DNA of 63,607 nt, filler included, from Candidatus Ancaeobacter aquaticus (GCA_030765405.1; 7 parts of 7 records of this genome joined end to end with filler, not necessarily neighbours in it), one strand, 5' to 3'. Shown: positions 43,050 to 54,189, counted from the first letter of the whole stretch. Notes: generated by a model not told the origin, from the letters alone. Numbers and translations: made by a program.

Positions 43050-44642
43050 ATGGATAAAAAGGCAATTATTGGAATAGCGTTATGTTTACTAGTACTAATA
43101 CTCTATCCTTTCTACATAAATAAGATTTTTCCGCAGAAGCAGCAAGAAGAGAAAGCCTCTATTGCGCAGAAGGCGGAGCCTTCATATGCAGAGAAAGCTG
43201 TTCCGGTAGAAGAAATCGCGGCTGAAATAAAATCAACGCCTGACTATAAAGAAGAAGAGTTCTTTATTCAAACCGACCTGTATAACATCGTTCTTTCAAA
43301 TTATGGCGGAACAATAAAAAGATTACAATTAAAGAAGTATAAAGATAAAGATGATAAAGAACATGACCTTGCTCTTGAAAGAGACATTCCGGTAAAACCT
43401 CTAGCACTTACAAACGTTGGCCCGCTTGGCGATCTTTCAAAAGCGCTTTTTACAGGAAGAATAGAAGGCAAAAAGGTTGTTTTTGAGCACGTCACAGAAG
43501 ATAAGATATCCATTAAGAAGATATTTTATTTTGATGAAAACGAATATATATTTAAGGTGAGAATTGTTTTTAAGAATAGTTCCAACAGTGGGTTAGGTAT
43601 CAATAGTTATCAAATGGTGTATGGGACAATCTTTCCTATAGTCAAAAAAACTGGTATTAGCGAGCTCGGCTTGACCGTGCTGGAGCAAAGCGGTACCGTT
43701 TTACGGGAAAAAGTCAAAAAAATTAAGGAAAAAACAGAAACACGAGGGCCATGCGAGTGGGCTGGCATGCAAAATCAGTATTATGCGCTGATCGCAAAGC
43801 CTGAAACATTGATTCAAGACGTTGTAACTGTTCCCCTCTACGGGGACAACAAGAAAAAAGTTGAAGGACTATCATCCTCAATAAGAATGGAAGGGTTTTC
43901 TCTTGCGCCGGGCGGCGTACATGAAGAAGAGTTTGTCTTTTTTATGGGCCCAAAAGAATACTCTTTAATGAAAAAAGCGCCGTATAAGTTTGGGAAAATT
44001 CTCTATTTTGGCTGGTTTGGCTTTATAAGTGAATGGATTCTCATCGGCTTAAATTTCTTCTATAAATTATTTCATAACTATGGCATTGCCATAATTGTAA
44101 TAACGCTCATCATCAAGCTTGTCATGTATCCTTTGACGGCAAAAAGCATGAAATCAATGAAGCAAATGCAGGCTATACAGCCGCTCGTTAATGAAATACG
44201 TGCTAATAATAAAGACAATCCTAAAAAGATGCAAAAAGAAATGATGATGGTGTATAAGGAGTACAAAGTTAACCCTATGAGCGGGTGCTTGCCCATGCTT
44301 GCTCAATTACCGATATTTATTGCGCTCTTTACGACTTTGCGTGGCGCAATAGAGTTAAAGGGTGCGAGCTTCTTGTGGATACACGACTTATCTGTTCCTG
44401 ATACCGTATTTTCAATTGGTGCTATACCAGTAAACATATTACCCCTTATTATGGGCGTTACTATGGTGTGGCAGCAAAAACTTACTCCTGTGGCAGATCC
44501 AAATCAGGCAAAAATGATGATGCTTATGCCCGTTGTTTTTACCTTTTTATTTTATAACTTCCCTTCAGGATTGGTCTTATACTGGCTAGTAAATAATATT
44601 CTCAGTATTTGGCAGCAATATAAAATCACAAAAAGCGCCTAA
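43050..44642 (+). CDS. yidC: Membrane protein insertase
   Basis: NYGIAIIVIT, GCLPMLAQLPIF, SGLVLYW. Confidence 0.96.
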   Translation: MDKKAIIGIALCLLVLILYPFYINKIFPQKQQEEKASIAQKAEPSYAEKAVPVEEIAAEIKSTPDYKEEEFFIQTDLYNIVLSNYGGTIKRLQLKKYKDKDDKEHDLALERDIPVKPLALTNVGPLGDLSKALFTGRIEGKKVVFEHVTEDKISIKKIFYFDENEYIFKVRIVFKNSSNSGLGINSYQMVYGTIFPIVKKTGISELGLTVLEQSGTVLREKVKKIKEKTETRGPCEWAGMQNQYYALIAKPETLIQDVVTVPLYGDNKKKVEGLSSSIRMEGFSLAPGGVHEEEFVFFMGPKEYSLMKKAPYKFGKILYFGWFGFISEWILIGLNFFYKLFHNYGIAIIVITLIIKLVMYPLTAKSMKSMKQMQAIQPLVNEIRANNKDNPKKMQKEMMMVYKEYKVNPMSGCLPMLAQLPIFIALFTTLRGAIELKGASFLWIHDLSVPDTVFSIGAIPVNILPLIMGVTMVWQQKLTPVADPNQAKMMMLMPVVFTFLFYNFPSGLVLYWLVNNILSIWQQYKITKSA

Positions 44643-44644
44643 AG

Positions 44645-46045
44645 ATGTCAATCCGTGACACAGAAAAAAATGTTACCGAAGATACCATTGCCGCTATTTC
44701 TACAGCTATGGGCATTGGCGCTATCGGAATGGTAAGAATAAGTGGCTCAAAAGCACTTCATATTGCCGACAAGATCTTCACATCTTCCGACAGGCAGAAA
44801 CCGTCTAAAACACCATCTCACAGGATCTTACACGGCCATATATGCGCAAATAAAGCAACTATAGACGAAGTGTTGGTAACAGTGATGAGGGCCCCTCATA
44901 CATATACCCGCGAAGATGTTATTGAAATAAGCGGGCATGGCGGCATGCTCTCTCTTCGAAAAATACTCGAAGAAATAATTCGCCACGGAGCGAGAATGGC
45001 TACCGCAGGCGAGTTTACTAAAAGAGCCTTCCTAAATGGACGCCTTGATCTTTCCCAGGCGGAAGCAGTTGTCGATGTAATCAACGCAGAGACCGAATAT
45101 GGGCTTGAGCTCGCTGTAAATCACTTGAAAGGTGAGCTTTCCACCCATATTTTAAAGCTTAAAAACGATATTTTAGACTTTTACTGTCCCTTAGAAGTTG
45201 CTATTGATTTTCCGGAAGAAGGCATTATCGGATATTCACAGAGTGATGTAAAAAAAAGAATTAACAAAGCAATAAAGGGGCTGAAAGCTCTTATTGAGAC
45301 GCGGAATGATGGCAGAAAGGTTCGTTCAGGCATTGATGTTGTTATTGCAGGCGCCACAAATGTGGGCAAATCAAGCCTTTTTAATCTCCTTATAAAAGAA
45401 GATAAATCAATTGTTACTCACGTGCATGGAACAACGCGCAATGTGTTAGAGGATGTTGTTGTCTTGGACGGCATGCTTTATAAGATAGCTGATACTGCTG
45501 GGTTACGCAAAACAAAAGGTGTTGTAGAGCGTATTGGCATCAAGCAAACAGAGAAAAAAGTCGTTGAAGCAGACGTTATTCTCTACATTATAGACAACAA
45601 TAAAGGGCCGACAAGAGACGATAAACTATTTTTGAAGAACGCAAACAAGAAAAAAATAATAATTGTAATAAATAAAATTGACTTGAAAAGGCATAAAGAC
45701 ATAAAAAAGATTGTAAAAGAATATACCTGCATAGAAATTTCCGCAAAGAAACATATTGGAACAGAAAATGTAATTAATGAACTCGTTAGACGAGGAAAAA
45801 AACATATTCCACAGAAAAAGATAATAAAAAATACCTTTATAATAAATGAAAGACAATACGAAGCTCTTGTAAAAGCACAAACATCCTTACAAAACGCTCA
45901 AAAAGCGCTTACAAAAAAACTTTCATATGAGTTTATTGCCTTTGATATAAAAAATACCATGCAAGCACTGGGCGAAATAACTGGTGATGATATAACGGAA
46001 GAAACATTGCACGCTATTTTTTCTCGGTTTTGTATTGGAAAATAA
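44645..46045 (+). CDS. mnmE: tRNA modification GTPase
   Basis: DTIAAIST, GATNVGKSS, DTAG, NKID, FCIGK. Confidence 0.96.
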   Translation: MSIRDTEKNVTEDTIAAISTAMGIGAIGMVRISGSKALHIADKIFTSSDRQKPSKTPSHRILHGHICANKATIDEVLVTVMRAPHTYTREDVIEISGHGGMLSLRKILEEIIRHGARMATAGEFTKRAFLNGRLDLSQAEAVVDVINAETEYGLELAVNHLKGELSTHILKLKNDILDFYCPLEVAIDFPEEGIIGYSQSDVKKRINKAIKGLKALIETRNDGRKVRSGIDVVIAGATNVGKSSLFNLLIKEDKSIVTHVHGTTRNVLEDVVVLDGMLYKIADTAGLRKTKGVVERIGIKQTEKKVVEADVILYIIDNNKGPTRDDKLFLKNANKKKIIIVINKIDLKRHKDIKKIVKEYTCIEISAKKHIGTENVINELVRRGKKHIPQKKIIKNTFIINERQYEALVKAQTSLQNAQKALTKKLSYEFIAFDIKNTMQALGEITGDDITEETLHAIFSRFCIGK

Positions 46046-46051
46046 TTAAAA

Positions 46052-46093
46052 CAGACTAGAGACATCAGACCAGAGACTACAGACTAAAGACGA
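46052..46093. repeat. Intergenic heptamer tandem repeat
   Basis: Six (C/G/A)AGAC(T/A/C/G)x units between mnmE and mnmG. Confidence 0.75.
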
Positions 46094-46142
46094 AAACAAA
46101 AGACTAAAAACAAAAATAACATTCAAAACGAGAAAAGTGAAA

Positions 46143-47939
46143 ATGGCGAAGCCATACGATGTAATTGTTGTTGGTGCTGGGCATGCGGGCTGTGAAGCGG
46201 CGCTTGTTGCAAGCAGAATGGGAAAAAAGACACTTCTTTTCACTATCAACCTCGATAATATTGCACAAATGTCATGTAATCCCGCTATTGGTGGGCTTGC
46301 AAAAAGCCATATTGTCAAAGAAATTGATGCCTTAGGCGGTGAAATGGCGAAAAATACCGATAAAGCGTGTATTCAGTTTCGCATGTTAAATAAAAGCAAG
46401 GGTCCAGCGGTTTGGGCTCCACGGGCACAAGCAGACAAGAAAATATATCAGTTTGAAATGAAAAAAGTTATTGAACAACAACCCGGGCTTGATCTTAAGC
46501 AGGATTTGGTTGAAGAGATTATTGTTAAAAAAGGTAAAATACAAGGAGTTATAACACAAACAGGTGTTACTTATAGGGCAAAGACAGTCATTCTCACTGC
46601 AGGCACATTTTTACAGGGACGTGTTCATATAGGGCTTAAATCATATTCTGCGGGACGTTCGGGAGAAATTGCCTCTATCAATCTATCAAAAAGCTTAGCA
46701 AAAGAAGGCTTTACTCTTGGAAGACTAAAAACGGGAACGCCTGCACGAATAAATAAAAACAGCATTAATTTTAAAAAGATGGATATGCAAAATGGCGAAA
46801 AACCAATACCTTTTTCATTTTTTTCTGATGGCATAAACTTACCGCAAGTCCCCTGTTATGTGACTTATACAACAAAACACACAAAAGACATTATTAAGAG
46901 GAATTTACGTCGATCCCCACTATATAGTGGTCTCATTGTTGGTGTAGGCCCAAGATATTGTCCTTCAATAGAAGATAAAATAGTTAGGTTTTCAGATAAA
47001 GACAAACATCAGATATTTCTTGAGCCTGAAGGCCTCAATACTGAAGAATATTATGTTAACGGTGCGTCAACAAGCTTGCCGGAAGATGTGCAGGAAAAAA
47101 TAATTCACAGCATCATTGGCCTTGAAGACGCATATATCATGCGACCAGCATATGCAATAGAATATGATTTTATTAACCCCACACACCTCAAATCAACACT
47201 AGAAACAAAAATAGTCAAAAATCTTTTCTTTGCAGGGCAAATCAACGGGACAAGTGGATACGAAGAAGCTGCTGCACAAGGGTTTGTTGCTGGGGTTAAC
47301 GCCGTCTTCTCTATCGATAAAAAGGATCCTTTCATCCTAGATCGTTCAGAAGCATATATCGGGGTGCTCGTAGATGATCTTGTAACAAAAGGTGTCACCG
47401 AGCCCTATCGTATGTTTACTTCCCGTGCAGAATATAGACTTCTCTTAAGGCAAGATAATGCAGACCTCAGATTGATGGACTATGGGGATAAGTTTGGCCT
47501 TATAGATAAAGATGCCTATAAACGGTTCTGCAAAAAACGTGATGCAATCACCCTAGTGATAAACGATAAAAAACCGCTTACACGAGAAATGATTCATGCT
47601 GTATGTGAGACGTTAAGAAAAGAGTCTAAATCTAAAAAGAATATTATTGATAGCGCATTTATTGCTGAAGTATACGAACAGGCTGAGATACAAAAGAAAT
47701 ATGAAGGATACATACAAAAACAGGAAGTGCAAATACAAAAGTTTAAAAGATTGGAAAACAAGCAAATTCCCCCTGATTTCAAGTTTTCAAAAATTAAGGG
47801 CCTAAAAATAGAATCGATTGAAAAACTAATGGCTGTCCACCCTACTTCTATTGGGCAAGCCTCCCGCATCTCTGGCATTACCCCTGCAGATATATCTGTT
47901 CTCCTAGTCTGGCTCGAACGCTGCCTTCGGCAGCCTTAA
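46143..47939 (+). CDS. mnmG: tRNA uridine 5-carboxymethylaminomethyl modification enzyme
   Basis: [42 protein letters not shown]. Confidence 0.97.
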   Translation: MAKPYDVIVVGAGHAGCEAALVASRMGKKTLLFTINLDNIAQMSCNPAIGGLAKSHIVKEIDALGGEMAKNTDKACIQFRMLNKSKGPAVWAPRAQADKKIYQFEMKKVIEQQPGLDLKQDLVEEIIVKKGKIQGVITQTGVTYRAKTVILTAGTFLQGRVHIGLKSYSAGRSGEIASINLSKSLAKEGFTLGRLKTGTPARINKNSINFKKMDMQNGEKPIPFSFFSDGINLPQVPCYVTYTTKHTKDIIKRNLRRSPLYSGLIVGVGPRYCPSIEDKIVRFSDKDKHQIFLEPEGLNTEEYYVNGASTSLPEDVQEKIIHSIIGLEDAYIMRPAYAIEYDFINPTHLKSTLETKIVKNLFFAGQINGTSGYEEAAAQGFVAGVNAVFSIDKKDPFILDRSEAYIGVLVDDLVTKGVTEPYRMFTSRAEYRLLLRQDNADLRLMDYGDKFGLIDKDAYKRFCKKRDAITLVINDKKPLTREMIHAVCETLRKESKSKKNIIDSAFIAEVYEQAEIQKKYEGYIQKQEVQIQKFKRLENKQIPPDFKFSKIKGLKIESIEKLMAVHPTSIGQASRISGITPADISVLLVWLERCLRQP

Positions 47940-47987
47940 TCTAATAAATATAACCCCAAACAATTAATACAATAATATCGAGGCCAG

Positions 47988-48003
47988 TGTTCCACGTAGA
48001 ACA
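47988..48003. promoter_or_regulatory. parS: parS centromere site
   Basis: TGTTCCACGTAGAACA, one mismatch from TGTTNCACGTGNAACA, about 110 bp upstream of parA. Confidence 0.75.
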
Positions 48004-48110
48004 CAAGCTTCGCTTGCCTCATTTTGTTTGTGTGGAGCAGGGACAATAAAAATAAATAATTCGAAGAATTATGTTGACACGGTGTGTAATGTAGATATTA
48101 TATATACCCA

Positions 48111-48968
48111 ATGGGCAAGATAATATCTATTGCAAATCAAAAAGGCGGTGTCGGAAAAACAACAACTTCCGTAAACCTATCCGCTATCCTCTCAAAGGCA
48201 GAAGAAAAGGTCCTTCTCGTAGATTTTGATTCCCAAGGCAACGCGACAAGTGGCGTCGGGGCTACAGTTACAGGCGATCAAAAAACAATATGTGATTTTC
48301 TTACCGAAGGTGTTGATAAAGAAAGTTGTATTGTTAAAACGCTGTTTGACAAATTATGCGTTATCCCATCAGATAAAAATCTTGCAGGCGCAGAGATCGA
48401 ACTTGTAAATTATGAGAACCGAGAATATGTTCTAAAGAATGCGCTTAGCGCAATTAAAGATCAATACGATTACATTATAATTGATTGTCCGCCGTCATTA
48501 GGGCTTTTAACGATTAATGCGTTAACAGCGTCAGACAGCGTTATTATTCCCATTCAAACAGAATATTATGCATTAGAAGGTCTCAGTCAGTTTATTTCTA
48601 CGATAGACCTTGTAAAAGACAGCCTTAACACAAAACTAGAAATCGAAGGCATTGTTCTTACAATGTCTGATATTAGAACAAAGCTATCAAAAGAAGTAAT
48701 TTCAGAGGTAAGAAATTACTTCCCAGATAAAGTATATAAAACGATTATACCAAGAAACGTTAAGCTCAGCGAAGCTCCAAGTTTCGGTAAGCCAATATGT
48801 TACTATGATATTCGTTCTCAGGGGGCGGAGAGTTATTTTTCTTTTGCAAAAGAAGTTATCTCTCAAAACGCATCGCAAAAAGAGAGCATAGAGAATCAAA
48901 TAAAAGAAATTGTTGCCCAGGAAGCAACTCAGGCAATAGAAAAAGAAGAAGAGCCAATCACGGTATAG
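48111..48968 (+). CDS. parA: Chromosome partitioning ATPase
   Basis: NQKGGVGKTTT, DSQGNAT, DCPPSLG, LSEAPSFG. Confidence 0.96.
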   Translation: MGKIISIANQKGGVGKTTTSVNLSAILSKAEEKVLLVDFDSQGNATSGVGATVTGDQKTICDFLTEGVDKESCIVKTLFDKLCVIPSDKNLAGAEIELVNYENREYVLKNALSAIKDQYDYIIIDCPPSLGLLTINALTASDSVIIPIQTEYYALEGLSQFISTIDLVKDSLNTKLEIEGIVLTMSDIRTKLSKEVISEVRNYFPDKVYKTIIPRNVKLSEAPSFGKPICYYDIRSQGAESYFSFAKEVISQNASQKESIENQIKEIVAQEATQAIEKEEEPITV

Positions 48969-49014
48969 CTATAAGTAGTTAGCGCGCAATAGGATGCAAA
49001 AACACACTTTGTCT

Positions 49015-49042
49015 TGTAGCTTAAAACTTACAGCTTATAGCT
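49015..49042. repeat. Intergenic heptamer tandem repeat
   Basis: TGTAGCT TAAAACT TACAGCT TATAGCT between parA and parB. Confidence 0.6.
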
Positions 49043-49058
49043 TGTATTAGGGGGATAT

Positions 49059-49910
49059 ATGGAACAAAAATCAGTATTGGGAAGAGGGCTATCAGCCCTT
49101 ATTCCAGAGAAAAAAGTTGAAAAAAATGAATCTGGTTCACTACAGCTACCAATAGAGAAAATTAGACGAAGCAGTTATCAGCCACGTGTGCATTTTGATG
49201 AAGTTGCGCAAAACGAACTCATTGAATCAATTAAAAAACGAGGCGTTATACAGCCGATTCTTGTTCGTACGAGTGATGATGGATATGAGCTCATAGCTGG
49301 CGAACGTAGACTACGTGCGGCTCAAGCGGTAGAGCTTGAAACAATTCCTGCGATTATTAGAGAAGTAGGCAATAAAGAAGCAATGGAATTAGCGCTTATT
49401 GAAAATGTACTTCGCGAAGATCTTGATCCAATTGAAGAAGCAAAAGGGTACTACCGGCTTATCAAAGAGTTTGGCCTTACGCAAGAACAAATTGCAGAAG
49501 AAGTTGGAAAAGAGAGGGCAAGCATTGCTAACTCTATGCGACTGCTGAAGTTACCTGGAAATGTGAGAGAACTAATTTCGCAAGGGTTGTTGTCGGTTGG
49601 GCATGGGAAGGTGCTTCTTTCAGTGATGGATGAAAAGACAATTGAAAAGTTATGCAAAAGCATTATTAATAGTAAGCTGTCTGTACGTGAAACAGAAAAG
49701 CTTATTGAAAAACTTCGAACAAATCCAGTCCATAAAAGAGATCGTAAAAACAGCGATCCGCATCTTGCCGCAATAGAAGATGAACTAAAAAGAAAATTTG
49801 GGACATCGGTAAAAGTATGGCAGGGATCAAAAGCAGGGAAGCTGACGATCGAATATTATTCCAAGGAAGATTTAAATAGAATAATAGAAATTCTTGGAGT
49901 TGCTTTTTAA
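49059..49910 (+). CDS. parB: Chromosome partitioning protein
   Basis: LGRGLSAL, IAGERRLRAA, IENVLREDL. Confidence 0.96.
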   Translation: MEQKSVLGRGLSALIPEKKVEKNESGSLQLPIEKIRRSSYQPRVHFDEVAQNELIESIKKRGVIQPILVRTSDDGYELIAGERRLRAAQAVELETIPAIIREVGNKEAMELALIENVLREDLDPIEEAKGYYRLIKEFGLTQEQIAEEVGKERASIANSMRLLKLPGNVRELISQGLLSVGHGKVLLSVMDEKTIEKLCKSIINSKLSVRETEKLIEKLRTNPVHKRDRKNSDPHLAAIEDELKRKFGTSVKVWQGSKAGKLTIEYYSKEDLNRIIEILGVAF

Positions 49911-49940
49911 GTCATATTTGATACTATAAAGAATAATGTT

Positions 49941-49970
49941 AAGGGCGATTTTTTAATCGCCCTTTTATTT
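49941..49970 (+). terminator. Intrinsic terminator after parB
   Basis: AAGGGCGATT / AATCGCCCTT stem then TTATTT. Confidence 0.7.
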
Positions 49971-49989
49971 AGGATTGCGAAACAATAAT

Positions 49990-51135
49990 ATGGCTACAAA
50001 TACATCACCAGAAAAACTTCAAAAAGCAAAACAGTATGAAAAGATACATAATATTCTTTTTGTTGCTGAGCTTATAATTTCTTTTGCGGTATTACTCATA
50101 TTTATTTTTTCAGGGTTATCGCAGTGGCTTGTTGATTTTATTGCGCCGCTATCAGTAAATATTTGGTTTAAAGTGTTTTTGTATGTTCTTATCTGTTACG
50201 TCTCTTTTTCACTAATATTTTTTCCATTAAGTTTTTATTCAGGATATCTTCTCGAACATAAATTTGACTTATCGAATGAAACAAAAAAAATGTGGTTTTT
50301 AGATTATGCAAAATCGTTAGGGATTAATATATTATTTTTATTAATTTTTGCAGAGGTTTTACATCTCTTTTTAAGAATTTCTGGAAACATGTGGTGGATA
50401 TGGGCAGGTATGTTTTGGCTGCTTTTTGGTCTTGTCATTAGCAATCTTTATCCCATACTTATTCTCCCTATTTTTTATAAAGTAAAACCGCTTGAGAATG
50501 AAGACCTTGTAGAGAGGCTAATGAAACTTTCAGAATCAGTAAAAGCAAAGATACTTGGCGTCTTTGAAATGGATATGAGCCGTAAATCAAAAAAAGCAAA
50601 CGCTATGTTTGCGGGGCTTGGGAACACAAAAAGAATTATTCTTTCAGACACACTCGTGTCAGATTATACGCCGGAAGAAGTCGAAGTGATTCTCGCGCAC
50701 GAGCTCGGACACTTTTATTATAAACATATTATCAAACTCATTGCGATATCAACGGTATCAACTTTTGTTGGTTTGTATATAACAAACATTGCCCTGTATT
50801 CATTATGCAACCTTGCGGGATACAGCGCTATTACTGATGTTGCGGCTCTGCCGCTTTTTGCGTTAGTGTTATCTATTTTTGGTTTAGCTCTCATGCCGAT
50901 ATCAAATACATACTCACGTAAACTCGAAAGAGAAGCAGATGCATTTGCTTTAGAAAAAACAAATAATCCAAACGCGTTTATTGAAAGTATGAAAAAACTC
51001 GCCTCACAAAATCTTTCAAACCCGGAACCAAATCCAATACTAGAATTTATTTTATATTCACATCCAGCAATTTCAAAACGCATAAAAATGGCAGAACAAT
51101 ACAAAAATCAGACCAGAGACTGCAGACTTGAATAG
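49990..51135 (+). CDS. Ste24/HtpX-like M48 membrane metallopeptidase
   Basis: Multiple TM segments; ANAMFAGLG, AHELGH, EREADAFA, SHP. Confidence 0.92.
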   Translation: MATNTSPEKLQKAKQYEKIHNILFVAELIISFAVLLIFIFSGLSQWLVDFIAPLSVNIWFKVFLYVLICYVSFSLIFFPLSFYSGYLLEHKFDLSNETKKMWFLDYAKSLGINILFLLIFAEVLHLFLRISGNMWWIWAGMFWLLFGLVISNLYPILILPIFYKVKPLENEDLVERLMKLSESVKAKILGVFEMDMSRKSKKANAMFAGLGNTKRIILSDTLVSDYTPEEVEVILAHELGHFYYKHIIKLIAISTVSTFVGLYITNIALYSLCNLAGYSAITDVAALPLFALVLSIFGLALMPISNTYSRKLEREADAFALEKTNNPNAFIESMKKLASQNLSNPEPNPILEFILYSHPAISKRIKMAEQYKNQTRDCRLE

Positions 51136-51192
51136 CGGATAGCGCTTAGCGTAGAGCGTATAGTAGATAGTGAATCGTGGTTCGTGTATCGA
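51109..51192. repeat. Compound heptamer repeat tract (about 12 units, three motifs)
   Basis: CAGACCA-type x3, GnnTAGC-type x5-6, GnnTCGT-type x3. Confidence 0.7.
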
Positions 51193-51277
51193 TTAGTGAA
51201 AAAAGACTTTTTATCAATACACCATTAACGATATCCAAAACTGTGACAAATTAAAACCGAAAAACGAGTGCCAAAAA

Positions 51278-52111
51278 ATGAACAACAAAGTTGGTATTTT
51301 ATATATTGTCGGTACACCGATTGGGAACTTAGAAGATATAACTCTAAGAGGTTTAAAAACCCTGAAATCTGTTGATCTTATCGCGTGCGAAGATACTCGT
51401 CACACACAAAAACTTTTAAATCATTTTTCTATTTCTACAAAAAGTGAAAGCTATCATAAGTTTAATGAAAAGAGTAAGTGCTCGCGTTTTATAAATCTTT
51501 TAGAATCGGGGAAAGACATTGCGCTTGTTTCAGATTCTGGTATGCCGGGCATTTCTGATCCTGGAAATATTCTCATAAAGGAAGTGATAAAAAATAATGT
51601 TTCGGTTATTCCTGTTCCCGGACCGTCGGCATGCATCACGGCATTGGTCGCGTCAGGATTTGATATTGATAGTTTTATTTATGAAGGATTCTTGCCGCAA
51701 AAGAAAATGGCAAAAAAGAAAAAATTAATGGAGTTTGAACACGAGGTGCGCCCCGTTGTTTTTTATGAGTCTCCAAAAAGAATTTTAGAAACACTTAAAG
51801 CTGTTGAAGAAGTGCTCGGTGATAGGGAAGTAGTTATCGCACGAGAAATAACAAAGTTTTATGAAGAATATATTAGAGGTAAGGCATCAGACGTTTTAAA
51901 GAAACTTGGTGCCAGTGAAGTGAAAGGCGAGATAGTGTTAATCATTCAAGGCGGAATCATAGAAGATGAGGCCCCTATTGATATAGAAAAAGAAGTAACA
52001 CAAACTATGAAAAAGCTTAATATCACAAAAAAAGAAGCGATAACATTTGTTGCTGCGCGATATAATATCATGAAAAAAGACGTCTACAAGAAAACTATTA
52101 AAAACTCCTAG
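51278..52111 (+). CDS. rsmI: 16S rRNA C1402 2'-O-methyltransferase
   Basis: VGTPIGNLEDIT, ACEDTR, SDSGMPGISDPG, YESPKR. Confidence 0.96.
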   Translation: MNNKVGILYIVGTPIGNLEDITLRGLKTLKSVDLIACEDTRHTQKLLNHFSISTKSESYHKFNEKSKCSRFINLLESGKDIALVSDSGMPGISDPGNILIKEVIKNNVSVIPVPGPSACITALVASGFDIDSFIYEGFLPQKKMAKKKKLMEFEHEVRPVVFYESPKRILETLKAVEEVLGDREVVIAREITKFYEEYIRGKASDVLKKLGASEVKGEIVLIIQGGIIEDEAPIDIEKEVTQTMKKLNITKKEAITFVAARYNIMKKDVYKKTIKNS

Positions 52112-52206
52112 AAGATCTATTTTCTGTGCCCCTCTTGACACGCCCCATTTTATAGTGTAAAACACTGATCAATAACGGCTTATCTAACTATAATAATATT
52201 TGAGGA

Positions 52207-52486
52207 GTGTATAAAAAGATACTCTAGTCGAAATAGTTATCGTTTCTCAAAACGGGGTATATGCACGACAAGCATATTTGTGCTTTTGAATTTTATGCTC
52301 TCAACGGTCCATCCTTTAATCGTATTATCCGATGAGATATATGTTTTAGCCCCGCGGTCTATCTTTGATACCGGTGCGGAAACTTTACAAAAGAAAATCG
52401 CACAGGAAATCCCACCCGTTATATCGATCCTTACGAATATTGATAAAGGCGTTAAAGCTGTCCCAAAATTTCAAACCTCCCAGTGA
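52207..52486 (+). pseudogene. Probable frameshifted, truncated secreted-protein gene
   Basis: GAGGA-GTG start at 52207 stops after 6 codons; dropping one A of an A6 run joins it to a frame with a signal-like segment (SIFVLLNFMLS...LAPRSIF). Confidence 0.35.
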
Positions 52487-52574
52487 CTTCGTCACTTTTA
52501 TTATGACGGTTTCGTTGTTATTATTCAGATAGGTCCCAAACAAAAAAATAAAAGACACGAAGTGTCCGAAGTGT

Positions 52575-53006
52575 CTAGCGGTTGCCGATGTAGGTGGAGA
52601 AAGCTGTTTTTTGCTGTTTCTTTCGGTCAGTTTCTTTAGCGGGCCATAAAACAGTAACAGTAACGTTACGCAAATTTGAGTCAGCAGACGAGGTTGTTGT
52701 TCCTGAATTTCCTGTTACAGGCGTTGATACATCTATTTCATATTGATACATTTGTTCGGGATCATCGGTAGTAGTGAAATTTGTTTTTGGAGAAGATGCG
52801 AGACTGCTGAAGACGGTAGTCGCTTTAAACTCTTCGATCTTTTTCTCACCGAGAATCACCGCTTTTGTTCTTAAACCTGCTTTTTTTGATGAGTCGATAC
52901 CTACGGGGAAAAGGGTTAGAACAGAAAGGATGCCAATAGCGAGAATCGCTATAGCTGCAACAATTTCAATAAAGGTAAAAGCATTGATTCGTCTATGTAG
53001 TTTCAT
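52575..53006 (-). CDS. Type IV pilin-like (PilV-type) protein
   Basis: Class III signal AFTFIEIVAAIAILAIGILSVLTLFP; ATG at 53006. Confidence 0.85.
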   Translation of the reverse strand: MKLHRRINAFTFIEIVAAIAILAIGILSVLTLFPVGIDSSKKAGLRTKAVILGEKKIEEFKATTVFSSLASSPKTNFTTTDDPEQMYQYEIDVSTPVTGNSGTTTSSADSNLRNVTVTVLWPAKETDRKKQQKTAFSTYIGNR

Positions 53007-53057
53007 GATATAAGTATATACCACATCAGAACATAAAGTCAAAAGAAAACCCTTATC

Positions 53058-53095
53058 CCACCGCGCAGGAGTCACTATGTGCCACCTACGCGGTG
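53058..53095 (+). repeat. Conserved hairpin upstream of PEP-CTERM-type gene
   Basis: CCACCGCGCAGGAGTCACTATGTGCCACCTACGCGG, 34/36 identical to reverse complement of 59647-59682. Confidence 0.75.
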
Positions 53096-53211
53096 AAAAA
53101 AAAGAGGTGATTGCTCCCCCAAGATAATTTTATTGATGTAAATGTAGATGCAGTGTAATATTTAGGTGTTTAATAAGAAAAAAAAGACTAACTGGGGGGA
53201 GGGGTAATATA

Positions 53212-53409
53212 ATGAAGAAATTATTATATATTATAGCTGTTACAATGATCCTTTCAGTTACTTCTCCGTCTTATGGCTTACAGTTTATAGATAATTTTCA
53301 GAGTTCAAACTATACGTTAAATAATACCTTAAATGGTCTAAATAATAGCGATCAGGGTGGAGGAGTTTTTAACTATGATTGGGGTGGGGACAGTCGGGCC
53401 CGATCTTAA
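53212..53409 (+). pseudogene. Truncated paralog of the PEP-CTERM protein N-terminus
   Basis: MKK...SYG..FQS...LNG...GGG..W pattern shared with 58824-59594; frame breaks at a G-rich run. Confidence 0.5.
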
Positions 53410-53505
53410 TATTTATGCATATTATCTCGGCGATAAACATTATATAGCGGACGGTTCAGTGAGTGATACATACGCCCTCGATTTTTATCGTAGGAGAAAG
53501 TTTCT

Positions 53506-54189
53506 GTGAAGAGTATCAATAATATGTTTTGCATAGTATTTAGCGTAATAAGTTTTTTCTTGTTATCAGGATCTTGTTCGTGGGCATCCATACATATTGA
53601 TGTCGTTGATGTTACCGGAAACCATATAGATCATACCTATAGTAATGCGGCAACAGCTGAAGCGATTGATTATCTTGTTGGGAATGGCTCTCAGGGGGAG
53701 TTCGCGGCAGTTTTTACTGCTGCTTTGAGTCTGGATACGGAAATAATCTATACTATATCTGCGGCGGAAGGAAAAAGAATCGTTCTTAAGCCTCCTGAAA
53801 CAACAAATACTTTCCGTATTGAAAGCACACTGCAGTACGATAAGCTGACAAACGATGTTGCAAAACCACGAACAGGAACGCTCACGTTTGAGAATCTTAT
53901 TGGGACAGCGCCGACTATTGCGGTAAATCAAACAAAGATATGGAAAGATGGCGCACGCATAAAATTCGGTTTTATATCTACAGGTATTACCGAAGAAATA
54001 TCGTTTACGGCAATGAATATCGGGATAGGGTATTCCGGAGAGGTTGGTGTAGGTTCTCAGACGTATGATTATCATACTGGATCCGTTTTTGTGCTGTGGG
54101 ATGCAGATGTCGGAACACCTGATCCCGGACAATTTGTGACGGTTGTTCCCGAACCCTCCACTTATGCACTTTTTTGTATAGGGCTTTAA
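53506..54189 (+). CDS. PEP-CTERM surface protein with truncated sorting signal
   Basis: AGGAG-GTG start, signal peptide, ends VPEPSTYALFCIGL* without full TM or basic tail. Confidence 0.8.
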   Translation: MKSINNMFCIVFSVISFFLLSGSCSWASIHIDVVDVTGNHIDHTYSNAATAEAIDYLVGNGSQGEFAAVFTAALSLDTEIIYTISAAEGKRIVLKPPETTNTFRIESTLQYDKLTNDVAKPRTGTLTFENLIGTAPTIAVNQTKIWKDGARIKFGFISTGITEEISFTAMNIGIGYSGEVGVGSQTYDYHTGSVFVLWDADVGTPDPGQFVTVVPEPSTYALFCIGL

